DNA of 63,346 bases, filler included, from Reticulomyxa filosa (Eukaryota > Protista > Foraminifera): NCBI GenBank assembly GCA_000512085.1. It is 15 parts of 15 records of this genome, joined end to end, with 100 filler letters (N's around TTAATTAATTAA, not from the genome) between each part and the next. Parts side by side here need not be neighbours in the genome. Positions count along the whole stretch, not along the records: positions 1 to 3,631 come from ASPP01023482.1; positions 3,732 to 5,094 come from ASPP01020720.1; positions 5,195 to 7,087 come from ASPP01044569.1; positions 7,188 to 8,404 come from ASPP01000472.1; positions 8,505 to 9,769 come from ASPP01026835.1; positions 9,870 to 11,006 come from ASPP01050498.1; positions 11,107 to 14,542 come from ASPP01020479.1; 8 more parts are not named here. One strand, written 5' to 3'. Positions within the stretch are counted from its first letter, which is position 1, and every line of letters begins with the position of its first letter. A program made the position numbers and the translations under genes. The notes beneath the pieces were generated by a model. That model was given only the letters and a program-made list of their open reading frames with translations. It made no database searches and was not told the origin of the DNA. Positions 1 to 13,430 of the stretch are shown piece after piece.

Positions 1-559
1 TTTTTTTTTTTTTTAAATAATCAAATTTTTTTTTGAATATTTGTCAAATCAATAATAAAATATGACAAATAATCTATAATTGTCAAAATAATTTCAATTT
101 GAATATTATTTCAATTCTTTTTTTTATATATTTATTACTTCGTTGCAAACAAATAACGAAAAAATATATATATTATCAGTATCGAGTGATGAATCATCAC
201 ATCAGCATTCCAACGCTGTCGATGCATTTTATTTTATTTTTTTCATAGCAGAAATTGCAGAAAGATAGTTGATAATATGTGAATGAAATGCAAGAAGGAG
301 TTAGATAAAGATAATACAAAAGTATTGTCTTCATTGAAAAATATATGATCATAGTTCAACAGGAACTTCTCTTTACAGTTTATCAAGTAATTTACTACAG
401 ACTTCCGAAACCAATTTTTTCTTGGGAAAACAATCATCATAATTTTTTTTAAGCACTTTTCGTGCTGATAGTTTCTGTCTTCAATTTTTTTGGTTTTCAA
501 AAAAAGCAGGAACCCACAAAAAAAAAAGATTTGTTTTCCCCAAAAAAAAATTTGTGAAA

Positions 560-1148
<589 letters not shown>

Positions 1149-1675
1149 GCCAACTAAGTCCCAAATTGGGGACGGTGCAATGCCACTGTTCTTTTTTTTG
1201 TTTGGCAATACATTTTTTTGTGAATTTTGTTGGTGCTCGTACATTGTCGTCCTGCTCTGAGTTATTGAAAATGCTTTTCATTGAAATGCATCTCAACTGT
1301 GCTGTTAACTTGGAAACAAGCTTTTAATGTTTTTTTGTTTGAATAAACAAATTTCAGTCATGTGAAAGATCTTACTACTCAAAGAGTAACTGTTTTGTTA
1401 ATCAAATACCGGGTGGTGCCAAAAAGAAAGTACTCAATACAAATATTGATTTTGCATTCTTTCGACATTTGATGTAAGTTTCATTTGCAACTCAATAATG
1501 AAGGATTTTGTAATCACTCATATTAAAAGGTGATTTGGCGAAGAATGCTTTTCTTATTTTTATGACAAGATTAATAGGAAAAACGGAAATACTGACAAAA
1601 ATATATGCAATCAGATCTGTGCTGAAGCAATAAGTCACCCAGAATTTTTAAAAAATCCTCTTCATGTGAAATAAC

Positions 1676-2971
1676 ATGAGTGAGGTTCAAGAAGAGCCTA
1701 AAAAGGCCTTTTTGAAACGCGGTTCACGCGAAGTCCGAAATGCGAAGCGGCTAACAAGTGAGCTAGAAAATGTGAACAAGGAGCTGCGCGAAAAAATCCG
1801 CCGACTGGAAAGTGAGCTGAAGAAATTGCAAGACAAAACTCCAGCAACACAAACGTATCTTCAACAGATAAAGCAATTGGAAAGAGAGGTTAGAGAATGT
1901 AAAGAAAAGTTGGCAGTGAAAGAAAAGACAATTTCTCAATTGAACAAAGAGGTAAGCAAGTACAAATGTGTGCGACACATTAATAAATGTGACAATGCAA
2001 TCCAGCAAACAAACAAAAACACGATGAAACTTTAATAAAAAAAAAAAGAAAAACAATGAAGAGAATCGAATGCGAAGAGAAGAAACAGAAAAAGCACAAC
2101 AAAAGGACAAAAACTTTACGTCATTGCGCAAAGAGTTGGATCGAATGACAAGTTTGAAAGTGCAGCTGCAACAAGAGAACGAGCGTTTGAAGAAGCAGCT
2201 GCACGTGCAAAAAATGCAAAAGCGAAGAGATATGTCAAAAGAAGAGCAACTCGAATTGCGAGGACGTCTTTTGAAGAAAGAGCAGCTCAAGCTTCGCACT
2301 GAAATTGAAAAACGAATCGAATCCAACAAGCGACAAGAGCAAGAGCTCAAACGACTTCAAGTGCAACAGCAATCCAAAATGCGCAAAGTTTGTTTTTTTT
2401 TTTTAAAACAAACAAAAAAATTATTTATTTATCTTCCTGTTTTTTAAGAGTAATTAAATAAATAAATAAACAAATGTATATGTACATATATATAAATAGA
2501 CTCAAAGAGATTTGTTAGAAAAAAAAGAGGAATACGAAATGGCGACGGCACGCGATAAAAAAGAAAATGCACAAAGAGAAGCGGAGTTGCGACGATTGCG
2601 ACAAAAACTGGAGAGCTTGGAAGCTCGTGAGAAGCGCCTGCAACTGACGAATCGTACGTTTACAGGCAGTCGATTGCAATTGGTGGATGGCGCAGTTGAG
2701 CCGAGGATAAACCGGAACCAACGGGCCAAGGTCCTCGTCATGCATCACACACGAGTGAAGGAGTACTGGCAAACCGTGGAAAAGCTACGCGGACGTCGTC
2801 AGGCTTTGGAAAAGCATGGGGACAAGTATAAGCGCTATGTGGACGAAATCAAAATTTTGGAACGAAGATTACAAAATATGCAAAACCAGATTAATATTCA
2901 GAATAAGACACGTGTGCGTTCAAATGATGGCAGTGGAGGCAAAGGTGGAATGAATGACAGTAGTAGTAGTG

Positions 2972-3022
<51 letters not shown>

Positions 3023-3631
3023 ATAATGGAGGAGGAGGAGGGAGTGGCTCCGATAATGTCGTGCAAGAAGTAGGCACGGAGGCAAATTTAGAGATTGAGA
3101 AGGAAGAGGAAGAGGAAGAGGAAGAGGATATGGACTTTGAAGATCCAATCGACTCGGAACGTATGAACGAATTGCTAGATGTGCTCGAAAAGAGCGAAGT
3201 GTTGCAAAGCGAAATGGACGAAGCCGCCAAAGACTTGCACAGCTCCATGAGCGAGTGGGAAGACATGAAGTGGAATTACGAATTGCAAATCGCCGAGCAA
3301 AACAATGTCATTGAGGAGTTACAAGAGGAAATTGAAAACTTGAAACAAAGTTTGGATGACACGCGAACCATTGACTTGGAAGATGAAAATGAAACTGAAA
3401 ATGAAAGTGAAATCGAAACTCCAAATTCAAAGAATTTCGCCACCTTCAAAACCTTCCATTCCAAACCTGAAATAACGACTGATGGCACCACTTCAAAACC
3501 GGACCATGAGGACCACAAAGATCACTCCAATCCTTTTCAATTGCAATTCTCTGTGCTTCGAAAAAAATTGATCGTCCGGATAGAGTTTCGAAAAAAAGAG
3601 GTGTTTTTAAAAAAAAAAAAAAAAAAAAAAA
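1676..3631 (+). CDS. Long coiled-coil protein with G/S-rich and acidic low-complexity inserts (3' partial, multi-exon)
   Basis: Three collinear E/K/Q/R-rich heptad ORFs (1676-2035, 2070-2447, 2512 onward) separated by A/T-rich GT-AG introns. No catalytic motif is visible; runs into the contig end. Confidence 0.7.
2958..3045 (+). repeat. (AGT)n/(GGT)n/(GGA)n trinucleotide tract encoding poly-Ser/Gly
   Basis: Directly visible microsatellite inside the exon. Confidence 0.95.
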
Positions 3632-3731
3632 NNNNNNNNNNNNNNNNNNNNNNNNNNNNNNNNNNNNNNNNNNNNTTAATTAATTAANNNNNNNNNNNNN
3701 NNNNNNNNNNNNNNNNNNNNNNNNNNNNNNN
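3632..3731. other. Artificial contig linker N44-TTAATTAATTAA-N44. Identical linkers at 5095-5194, 7088-7187, 8405-8504, 9770-9869, 11007-11106, 14543-14642, 18990-19089, 21279-21378, 24570-24669, 51622-51721, 57697-57796, 60114-60213, 61423-61522
   Basis: The same 100-bp spacer with six-frame stop codons occurs 14 times, and genes are cut off at its edges. Confidence 0.99.
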
Positions 3732-5094
3732 ACAATGACAATGATGATGAAAATGAAGATGATTATCAAAACTGGGGACAAAACGAAAGGAAACGCAAGG
3801 CATTATTAGACGTGCTAATGAATCGCAAAATACCGATTGAAGTGCTTGTTGAAGTAAAAAAGCTCATTGCGGTTGTACCCCCCCAGCAAGGCCAAAACAA
3901 AACAAAGCATTTATTAGTTGCACAAATCCCATATTTGGAACTGAGGAATGAACTACCTTGGCGCAAAAACTTACCCAAAGGTACTTTTGATTGTCCAACT
4001 TGTACACTTGCCTTTTCTTTCTTTCTTTTTTTTCCCCTTGTTTGTCACGTAATCAGACGCGTCTCGAAGCGACTTGTTGCGTGGAACACCAAAGAAGGAC
4101 TCAGATGTGGAGCCAAGTCAATCTGCTAGCACAGTATCAATACAATCAAGTCGGAATGCAAATGTGGACGCCTCTGCGTCACAAAAGTTAGGTCCTCCGG
4201 TGTTGGTGCAATCGTGGACGGTGTGGTCAGTGTGGACCAGGGCTGTGAGTCGGAGACTGCGACGCCGCGAGACAAGTCAAACACATTGGAGTGGTTCACC
4301 GTGGGTCTGTCAAAGATACGAACCCAATCCGACGCATTTGAGCCACGCGTCAATATGTCCTCCTCGCCATTTGAGGTTGTCCAACAAAATCCACATCAAT
4401 TCGATACGCTGTATTTGCGTTTCAAAAATATTGCCGTGTTGGAGTTTATTTCATTGGATTGCTTTCATTCCATTGACAAACCCAATGCTATTGTCGTTCC
4501 CAGTCATTACGTTTGGTGTTCTTTTTTTTTTTTTTTTTTTTCCAACGACAAATACAATCTTTGCCCACATCACATAGCCAATGGTGGAACCATTTTCGTG
4601 CGGCTTGACACTCCATTTGTGCAGCGAGCCAAGTCAAGTGTTGCCGAGGGTGTTGCTGCGCACAGAACTGTCCAATATCGCTGTTCGCGTTTCAAAGACA
4701 GCCATTGGTGGCATATTGGATGACATGGAGGAGGTTGTGATGATGATCCAGGACATCGAATGAAAAAGGAAGAGCCCTTACTTCCGTCGCCTCGTGAAAT
4801 GCAAGAATTAGACGAAATGGCCCACAAGGACAAAACGTCCTCTTCATCTCCGAACAAATCAAACGAAACTAAGGCACAAAATGTCTTATCGCACGCAAGA
4901 AATCGATCTATGGAAGTGTTGATGACAAACTTGATGCACGCAAACGAAGAGCAAGGAAGTGGATTGGTCGAGGATATCCAAAAGCTTCACGAACCAAAAA
5001 AAGACGAAGAAGAAAAACATGACAAAAAAACCAACGAAAAATCAGTCCAACCGCCACAAATCCGCCACTTTTTTGTAGAATTAGATCTGTCATC
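3732..5094 (+). CDS. Internal fragment of a VPS13/bridge-like lipid transfer protein (repeating beta-groove segment)
   Basis: Ordered motifs IEVLVEVKKLIAVVP...HLLVAQIPYLELRNE, LEWFTVGLSKIRTQ, EPFSCGLTLHLC, PRVLLRTELSNIAVRVSKTAIGGIL match the pattern of a VPS13 RBG repeat. Introns near 3981-4055 and 4511-4576; partial at both ends, with apparent frameshifts. Confidence 0.55.
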
Positions 5095-5194
5095 NNNNNN
5101 NNNNNNNNNNNNNNNNNNNNNNNNNNNNNNNNNNNNNNTTAATTAATTAANNNNNNNNNNNNNNNNNNNNNNNNNNNNNNNNNNNNNNNNNNNN

Positions 5195-5488
5195 AACACT
5201 ATATATCTTTGCTAAACTATAATCTCCAATCCAATACGCCTCAGTTGCTGCTTGAACATTCAAAAATGCAGGTATACCGCATATAAAACAACAAGCAATA
5301 CTCCAAATGCTTGGACATAAGTAATCGTTGAACTCAGCAGGGTTTCCATTGACATCAATTTCTAATTGCTCTGTTTCTTGATTGTTTGAGTTCACGTGTC
5401 TTTGGTTGATCACAGATACGTTTCCTTCAGCTCTTGATTCTGTTTGATCCATTTCCGACGTTGGACCACCTACATATTCTTCATCCAT
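5195..5488 (-). CDS. CD225/dispanin family (IFITM/PRRT-like) membrane protein, 3' truncated by contig end
   Basis: NDYLCPSIWSIACCFICGIPAFLNVQAATEAYWIGDYSLAKIYS fits the dispanin pattern (DY..SI....CC...GI.A..........GD...A...S) after a disordered N-terminus. Confidence 0.8.
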
Positions 5489-7187
5489 TAAGTTTTATTT
5501 AGATAGGATTTTCAAAGTTTAAACGATAATGTCAATTGATAAGGTTTTTATGGGAAACCCCCACCCCAATTTGACTTATGTGGAGAATGTACAAAAATTT
5601 GATAGTACAGTAATTTCTGTACTATTTTAAATAAAAGAAAAGCAAAATTTAAGGATTTCATTAGAAATATCTGTGATAGTGAAGCGGACACTTAAAAAAG
5701 ATTGTGAAAGCTAAATACAGCACGCAAATGTTTAAAAGAGATTGTATAAATATCGTAAGTAAATACATTGCACTTTTTCTTGCTCTCGCAGTTAAAAAGA
5801 ATGCGAAAGTGGTAAAGAAAAAATACCCACGATTTGATGTCAGAATTTACTCAATCGAATAAAAGACAATGGAATTTCATTTGCATCAAACATTTTTTGC
5901 AATTCAACGCTAAAAACTTGCATTTTCAACAACGGCAAAAAGGTGACCTCCAAGTAAAAAATCATATCTTATAGATGTCTGATAAGACTAATATAAAAAT
6001 TTTTTATGCGCTATGAAAATTTTACTAGTAGTTTTATTTTAGACAAAAGTAGTTTGAGATTATATTCAAAATCATTTAGATACTGATGCTGCATATAGTA
6101 TCTAACTCTTTAATCTAATACAAAGAATAACTTAAAAATTTTTAACGATTTCATAGTGTGCAAAGTTTGTAGCGAAGGCAAAGATTAAAGATATTGTGAA
6201 ACATATTTTGCAATATTTACATGCATAAACTCATACTTTCTTGTAAAAGAGCATAAAATAAACACAAAACAAATCTTACAATAATCAAAAGGTCTATGCA
6301 AAAATAATCAAAAGAAAAACAATAAAGTTATTTCAATTTAAATTAAGATTTGTCTTGAAGAAACTGGACAATTATTCAAATCCTTCTATTGATATCGATC
6401 ACGAACTTTGCTGCTGCATTCAAAACTTTGATCATGACATTGTTTCCAATATCGAAAATGGTTAATTGTTTCATAAACAATACATTAATGTCTGGAAGCA
6501 CTTCTTGGACGTTTGTGGTATCAAAAATTAGTTGGCAAATATTTAATCAAGAAATAATCAACAGTATCCATCAAATAATCAATTCACAAATCCAATGACG
6601 GTTTAATTAATATGCAAAGAAGGAATGATTGTTCAATAGCTAGACTGCAATTGCTAGGCTTTATTATGAGCATTATTTGCAACAAGATATCTGTAACATT
6701 ATCAATAAATAATATCAAAATCTTTTGACAATACATAATTGATAATTTATAGATTTCAGAATACCATTTATTAAATATCAAACGCATTTTAATGCAAGTC
6801 TAATTGCTTCAATTTCTGCAATAATGTTTGTTGAATTATTTAATCAATGGCATTACATGAAATATAATTCAAATGAGTGTTTGGTCTTGATTTATTACAA
6901 ATATTGTATGACTGATTTCTAACGCATGTGATAAACTTTCATATGTTATTGTTTTTGTCTTAATTCAAGAGGAAGAAGTTGGTAAATAACATTGACTATC
7001 ATTGTAATTCTTTTCCACTAATCTCTTATAAATGTCTGCAGGCATTGTTTTTTGTTCACGAAATTTTTGATTTTTGAACTTTCTTTCNNNNNNNNNNNNN
7101 NNNNNNNNNNNNNNNNNNNNNNNNNNNNNNNTTAATTAATTAANNNNNNNNNNNNNNNNNNNNNNNNNNNNNNNNNNNNNNNNNNNN

Positions 7188-7791
7188 CAAAAATGGTATT
7201 TTGTGTATTGATATTTCACCATTACAAAGCAATAACAAAAGTGGTAATAGTAATAAAATGAATAATATTGGTGTGATTAGTGGAAATGGATTTACGATTT
7301 GTTCTGGATCATTGGATAATACTATTCGAATATGGGATATTGAAACAATCAAACAATTAAATGTATTCAAAGAACATAAAAATTCTGTGAATAGTGTAAA
7401 ATATGGATCAAATGAATTATTAAATACAATATTATCTGGATCAAATGATAAAAGTGTTCGTTTGTGGGATATTCGATCTGGTGAACAAATTCAAGTGTTC
7501 AATGGACAAATAAAAGGAATATCGTCTGTTGAATATTCACCATTTGTAATAAAGAATAGTATTGGTAATTCGAATGTGATATGTTCTGGATCAGGTGATA
7601 ATACAATTCGTTTTTGGGATACTCGATCAAATAAAAATGAGTTGTATATGATTGAAGGAGATAAGAAAGAAGATAATGGAATATATTGTCTTAAATTTAT
7701 TGCATTGAAAAAGAAAGAAAATACAAAAAATATTACATGTGATTTGAATTTGTGTTATGGTTCATGGAGAGGTCCCATTCGTATTTGGTGA
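7188..7791 (+). CDS. WD40-repeat protein of an expanded lineage-specific family, C-terminal part
   Basis: Repeats ICSGSLDNTIRIWD, LSGSNDKSVRLWD, CSGSGDNTIRFWD, ending LCYGSWRGPIRIW*. Near-identical to 20888-21278. Confidence 0.92.
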
Positions 7792-8504
7792 TAATTTAGT
7801 TTTTGTCAAATAAGAAATGAAAATGTTTTTTTTGAAAAGTTTGGTTAAATAAAAGTAAGATGATATCAAACTTATTTGATTTGATTGAATGCAAGCATTG
7901 AAAAATGTGTTTTATCTTACTTTGTTGTTTAAAAAATTTGAAAAAGTTACGTTCAATGTCGTTTAATGAATTCAAAAACATAATTAATGAAAATTGTATT
8001 CAAATATCAAAATAAATTGCAAGATATTTCAAATATTAATTTTTTTATATTGCAAATCAATACTTTTTTAAAATTGTTATTTTGTTGTCTATTTGCTATT
8101 GTTTTTTGTATAGTATCGAACACTCAAAATATGATAAAATAAAAAGGAAAACAGTGTGCATATCAAAGACAACATTTTATCTTAAATGATCATTAATTCA
8201 AAAAAATGCAATGTCTATATTATTTATTGACAGTTTAATGTCATTGAAAAAATATGGATTTTTATTACACTTTTTTACTATTATTATTGTAGTACCGGAG
8301 TTTGCATTCATAATTGAATAGTTTTATCAGATACAATAATTGTTCTACAGTAGGTTGCAAAGAAAACTGAACGCATAAAACGATATCTTATGATGATAAT
8401 TGATNNNNNNNNNNNNNNNNNNNNNNNNNNNNNNNNNNNNNNNNNNNNTTAATTAATTAANNNNNNNNNNNNNNNNNNNNNNNNNNNNNNNNNNNNNNNN
8501 NNNN

Positions 8505-9329
8505 AAAAAAAAAAAAAAAAAAAAAAAACGAAACGGAAGGTGAAGTCTTTGTTTTAGGTTTAATTTTGTGGTGAGGTGGACTGTTGTTATTGTTGTGTTT
8601 ATGTGAGTGCACAGAACGATGGATATCAGCGGTTTGAGTTCTTTGCAACACTTTCTGATTTTTATTTGAGCTTTGAGCTTGCGTTTGATTCTTGCCTTTG
8701 CTCTTATTTTTGCTTTTGTTCTTGCTTTTGTTCTTATTCTTGCTCTTGTTCTTATTCTTATTCTTATTCTTGTTCTTGCTCGATCTCCCAAAAAATGTGA
8801 ATTCGTAATCCGTCTTGGATCCATTTTCCTCACTCTCTTTCTGCTCATTGTCGTTCTCCTCGTCCGAATTGTGCTCACTACTACGTCCCCAACGCTCAAA
8901 CATGCCCACCAGTCTTTTCACACTGTTCACGCGAGTGTTTTTCGGTTTCCATTTGCTCAATTGGTTATTCTTCTCATTTCCATTTGTATTTGTATTTGCA
9001 TTTGCATTGCCATTTTCATTGCTTTTGTGCTCCACTGTCGTTGTCTCATTACTTTCCGACTTCGTGTCCATCACTCTCTGTTTTCAATCAATGACCCCGT
9101 TTAATACGTTGTTTTTTTTTTTGTAAGTGGCTTTTCTCCTTGCAAAAGAAGATTACACACTATTTTTTTTTTTTTTTGTTTTGATGAAGAGCAACAAGAA
9201 AGAAAGAAAGAGAAAGCCGAAAAAGGGATCCAGAAACATATAAAAAAAAAAAGTACGTTTACAGAGAATTTGGAACTGACAGCAAACGATTGTGTTCGGT
9301 TGTGCTGCAAGTCTCTGTTGCTGTTTGAA

Positions 9330-9376
<47 letters not shown>

Positions 9377-9769
9377 GTTATTATTGTTATTGTTGTTGAC
9401 GTTGTTCGCGTCGTCATTTGGACTGGATTTAGTGCTCTTTTCTAAACGATTGGGTGACGTAGTAAGCTTTGCTGTTGTTGTTGTACTGACTTCATTTTCG
9501 ACGCCAAAATACTTTTGCAATGTCTCGCTGTTTAGTTTGTTTAGCAATTTATTGTCCAATTGCTCCAAAAATGATTTTCGCTTTATCGGATTTTGCGACT
9601 TGTCACTTGTTATATCTACAACTGCCATTGTTTCTTTGTCTTTGCTTGGTTTTGATTCACCTTCATCCGGCTATATCACAAACGCGCGCGGTTAGTCTTC
9701 TTGTCCTTCTTCTGGACTAGTGCTTGAAAGGGGGAGGTGACAAGGAAAATGCAAAAAAAAAAAAAAACG
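8505..9769 (-). CDS. Fragment of a low-complexity N/K/S-rich protein (multi-exon, partial at both ends)
   Basis: Minus-strand ORFs 9101-9628 and 8457-9074 with poly-N and (NK/SK)n repeats, separated by an A/T-rich intron-like segment. No recognisable domain. Confidence 0.55.
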
Positions 9770-9869
9770 NNNNNNNNNNNNNNNNNNNNNNNNNNNNNNN
9801 NNNNNNNNNNNNNTTAATTAATTAANNNNNNNNNNNNNNNNNNNNNNNNNNNNNNNNNNNNNNNNNNNN

Positions 9870-9904
<35 letters not shown>

Positions 9905-9997
9905 ATAATTATAACAACAACAACGAAAACAAAAATTATGTATACGTAGTTTGTTGATCTCAACATTTATTTTTTTTTTTTTTTTTTACAATCAATG

Positions 9998-10857
9998 TTA
10001 CAAAATGTATAAAAAGAACAAAACAAATAAAAAAATATAAAAAAAAGTAGGGAACCATAAATAAGTAGCGAAAACGGCCGCAAGGATGATGACAGTGTTG
10101 GCAGTGGTTCGGGTGAACGACGGCTTTTTCAACCACTCACACGCGGTGACGATGATAAATTCCAAGGTGATGATAGGAACAGTGACCCGGCTCAACACCC
10201 ATCGGACACTCCCAAATGTCGCCTTGTTTCTTATCGCTGCAAACCATCGCAGCTTCTCCAACATACCAGTGGAAAACGCTTTCTTGTTTATTATCGTTGC
10301 CCAGTTATTCGATACTGCCAAGTTATAATGGATGTTATAATATCTATTGGTATCATTCATTTCTTACGTTTTACATTTATTATTATTATTAATATTATTA
10401 ATATTATTATTATTGTTATTATTATTATTATTATTGATGACGTGGTTATATACATAAACATATATGTATGCAATATACATTTTGTATGATAACGTAACAA
10501 CAACCACACGCGAGCAGCAAACAAATGTAAACCGCTGCCATAACCGATAAGGAATGTGACAGTACCCAGCTCGTAGAGCAAGACTTTCCCTTCTGAGGAA
10601 ACGTTGTATATGTTAAAGTCGTTTATGAACACATAACCCATTCGCAAAGGCTGACATATCACCACCGCTGCTAGCAAACTCACACAACTCCAAAACGATA
10701 ACACAAAGTGTCTATTGTAAATCACTGGCAGGTGCCTCACCTTCGAGGTTTGCAACAGCCAGTACACAGAGATCACTCCAATCACACAAAAAAATATTAC
10801 TTCTACTACAAAGACTGCAATTGCCAGTGATTGCTCCCAACCAGATTTGGATGGCAT
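9998..10857 (-). CDS. Multi-pass (7TM-like) membrane protein, N-terminal part; resembles protist 7TM-RGS-type receptors
   Basis: Several hydrophobic helices, with an RH motif after TM1. The LFAARVWLL(L)R|YYNIHY junction is restored by removing an intron (about 10345-10493). 3' partial. Confidence 0.6.
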
Positions 10858-11106
10858 TTCATCAGTTCCGTTTACGTTACAAGCTTTCTTAATATTATTA
10901 AAAAGGGTACTTTTTTTTTTTTTTTGACGTCACAACTACTCCAGTTGACCACGTTTGCTTATCCCTTGCTTAATTCAGAAAAACTGGATCTTTAAAAAAA
11001 TGTAGGNNNNNNNNNNNNNNNNNNNNNNNNNNNNNNNNNNNNNNNNNNNNTTAATTAATTAANNNNNNNNNNNNNNNNNNNNNNNNNNNNNNNNNNNNNN
11101 NNNNNN

Positions 11107-13430
11107 AAAAAAAAAAAAAAAGTATTACAATGACATGGACGAAGCGCGGTTGTCAATCCTGGAAGATGTCATATCAGAACATGACCCACATCTATTTGAC
11201 GTGGATATGATTGCTCACACTTGCTTTGTGGAATTCGACGCGGACTTGACCTCACTCCCACCCAATCTCTCACGTCCCCATATGTCGGCACGTTCATTGA
11301 TCGACCCATCATTGCCACAGAGACACAACAGACGTCGCAAAAGAACGAAGGCAAAAAGACAAAGAAAGATAAACAAAGAAAAAGCAAGACAAGGAACTAA
11401 CAGAGCAACAAAAGCAGCAAAAGGAAGACAAAAAAAACAAAAAGAGGAAAAAAAAAAAGCAAAGAGAGAAGAGAAAGAAAAAAAAGAAGGAACAAAAAGA
11501 AAAGAAAAAAAAAAATGAAAATAAACAAAAAGAAAAGAAACAAAAGAAAGAAAAGAACAAACAATGGACGAACATGCACAATGCTTTTTCCAAAAATGCC
11601 ACACCTCTGCAATTCGTCATCGGTACTCAGCCCGTTACCTTAAATCCTATGAAATTGTCCAAAGGGAGTTCCGTACTTACGTATTATTATATATGTACAT
11701 AATATATTTTTTATTTCGTCGCTATCGATGGAGTAGCGATTTTGAGTGACTCTTTTTTTTTTTATTTTTTTTTTTTTTCTTTGGAGTGGAAGGGGAGAGA
11801 GAGAATTTCATAAACTATAAAAAAGAGTATGGATGGAAAAGTAATGGAAAGATGAAAGTGATGTTAGCCGGCAAACAGGTAATGGCGAACTATCATGTGC
11901 AAGGGATAGTGCAAAGCGTGAGAAAGGCAACTGCAAATGACACCGCACCTACTGCCTCCGAGATGCTGATAATGCTAGAGAAGGGCCAAGGCATGAACAT
12001 ATTGTCCGACAATACAACAAACAACAATATCCTCGACATTACAAGTTCCACTGCTAATGCTAGTGCAAGTGTTGATGTCAGCAGACTCGGAGTCGAGGCC
12101 AGGACTAAAGTCGGTCCGATTTTGAGAAAGAAATCTCCACTGACACATTTGCAATTGTACATCCGCGATTTGATCTGCAATCGAGATCGTAGCAAAGAAC
12201 AAGTTTTGGAAAAGCTGCATAAAATGCCTTGGTTTGATTACGATACGAGAAGTTTTATCCTTGCGAGTTTGCTTGATGTTCGTCATTTGTCAAACGAGTT
12301 AAATCATAGCCATACATATAAATATATGCATGTATATACATATATATTTATATATATTTATATATATCTTGCTTACGTACAAACAACATATGTCAAAATG
12401 CTTGTCAGTCGAATAGAGTTCCTTGCAGAAATTTGTGGCGATCTGAACGACTATTATAACATCAGCTTCGAACTCGCAGAGGCACTGATTGAACAGATTC
12501 AACTGAATGACGAGAGTAACAGCTGCAACTCTACTCTCCAGCTGAATTGTATCAAATACCTCGTCGAGCTGTACGTCCATCGAGCCATCAACATCGATTC
12601 CGTAGTCAACACTCTATTCTGGACCACGGAGTCCTCGGTAAAACGCTTTCAACAGGGCGATCGACTACCAATCAATTCTTTATGCGAGTTTTTGAACACT
12701 TGTTCCAAATATATTTACAGGTTATACGTACACATATATGTACATTATATATAAATATATAAATACATAAAATATATATGTACATATATGTATATGTATA
12801 TATATTTGTGTTTCCAAAAAAAAAAGTTTGGTATATTTATTACATTTGTTTTGAAACAGAGGCGACACGGATGACAAAGCCTCACGATGTCACCTTTTTG
12901 TGAGCAGCATTAAACGCCAGTTTTCACTAATGGAACGTCTTGCGAAAGCTCTCGTTTATTTGGACTCGATAAATTGCGGGGATCTACACTTTGAAAAAAA
13001 GATTGACATGGCATTAGAGCCATTTTGCACCAAAAAACTTTCGGAATTAAAGCAAGAGGCCATGGCCAAACAAAATCATCACGTGGCTTCATGCCACCGA
13101 CTGAAGCGTGAAAAAATCAAAAGTGAACATGAAAAGAAGGCCAAAGAAAGAGATGCAAAAAAACAGTTTAATACTCAATATTCAAAGAACACAAAATTCA
13201 CAAGTAGTGACAGTGTCTTGCTTCGCACGGCTTTGAAGCCTTCTTCCGAAATCGCTGCTGAACTTCATGCTTCACAGAACCCCATTCATTCTAAGGATAA
13301 AAGTACCCTTTCCAATGCCTCTGCATACTCACTCCAAGGTTTTTCCTTGTATCCAACAGATGGAGACGACTCGCAAAAACCTACGCCTTACTTTGTCTAT
13401 TTACCGACTGACCCACAACCAAATTCATAA
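11107..13430 (+). CDS. Protein containing a divergent UPF2-like MIF4G domain (5' partial, multi-exon)
   Basis: RKKSPLTHLQLYIRDLI...EQVLEKLHKMPW...IEFLAEICGDL...LAEALIEQIQL...IKYLVELYVHRAINIDSVVNTLF parallels the third MIF4G domain of UPF2 (KKRPPLQEYVRKLL...KVLRQMRKLPW...KFLGELYNYRMVES..IFRTLY). Introns contain (TA)n and poly-A tracts. Confidence 0.65.

Noticed and set aside
2891-3266. Antisense and alternate-frame ORFs with poly-Y, poly-L, poly-C or poly-V (also 9270-9695, 49755-50018, 50898-51170, 51729-52610, 55186-56685)
   Set aside because: These are shadows of trinucleotide repeats or of E/K-rich sense genes, with no independent coding evidence.
1676-3631. Kinesin-4/KIF21-like tail assignment for the coiled-coil protein
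   Set aside because: The resemblance is only compositional; no motor domain or P-loop is present.
6300-7087. Possible decayed gene on the minus strand (EVLPDINVLFMKQLTIFDIGNNVMIKVLNAAAKFVIDINRGFE*)
   Set aside because: It looks like coding remnant, but there are many stops and no family I can recognise, so it is not supportable as a feature.
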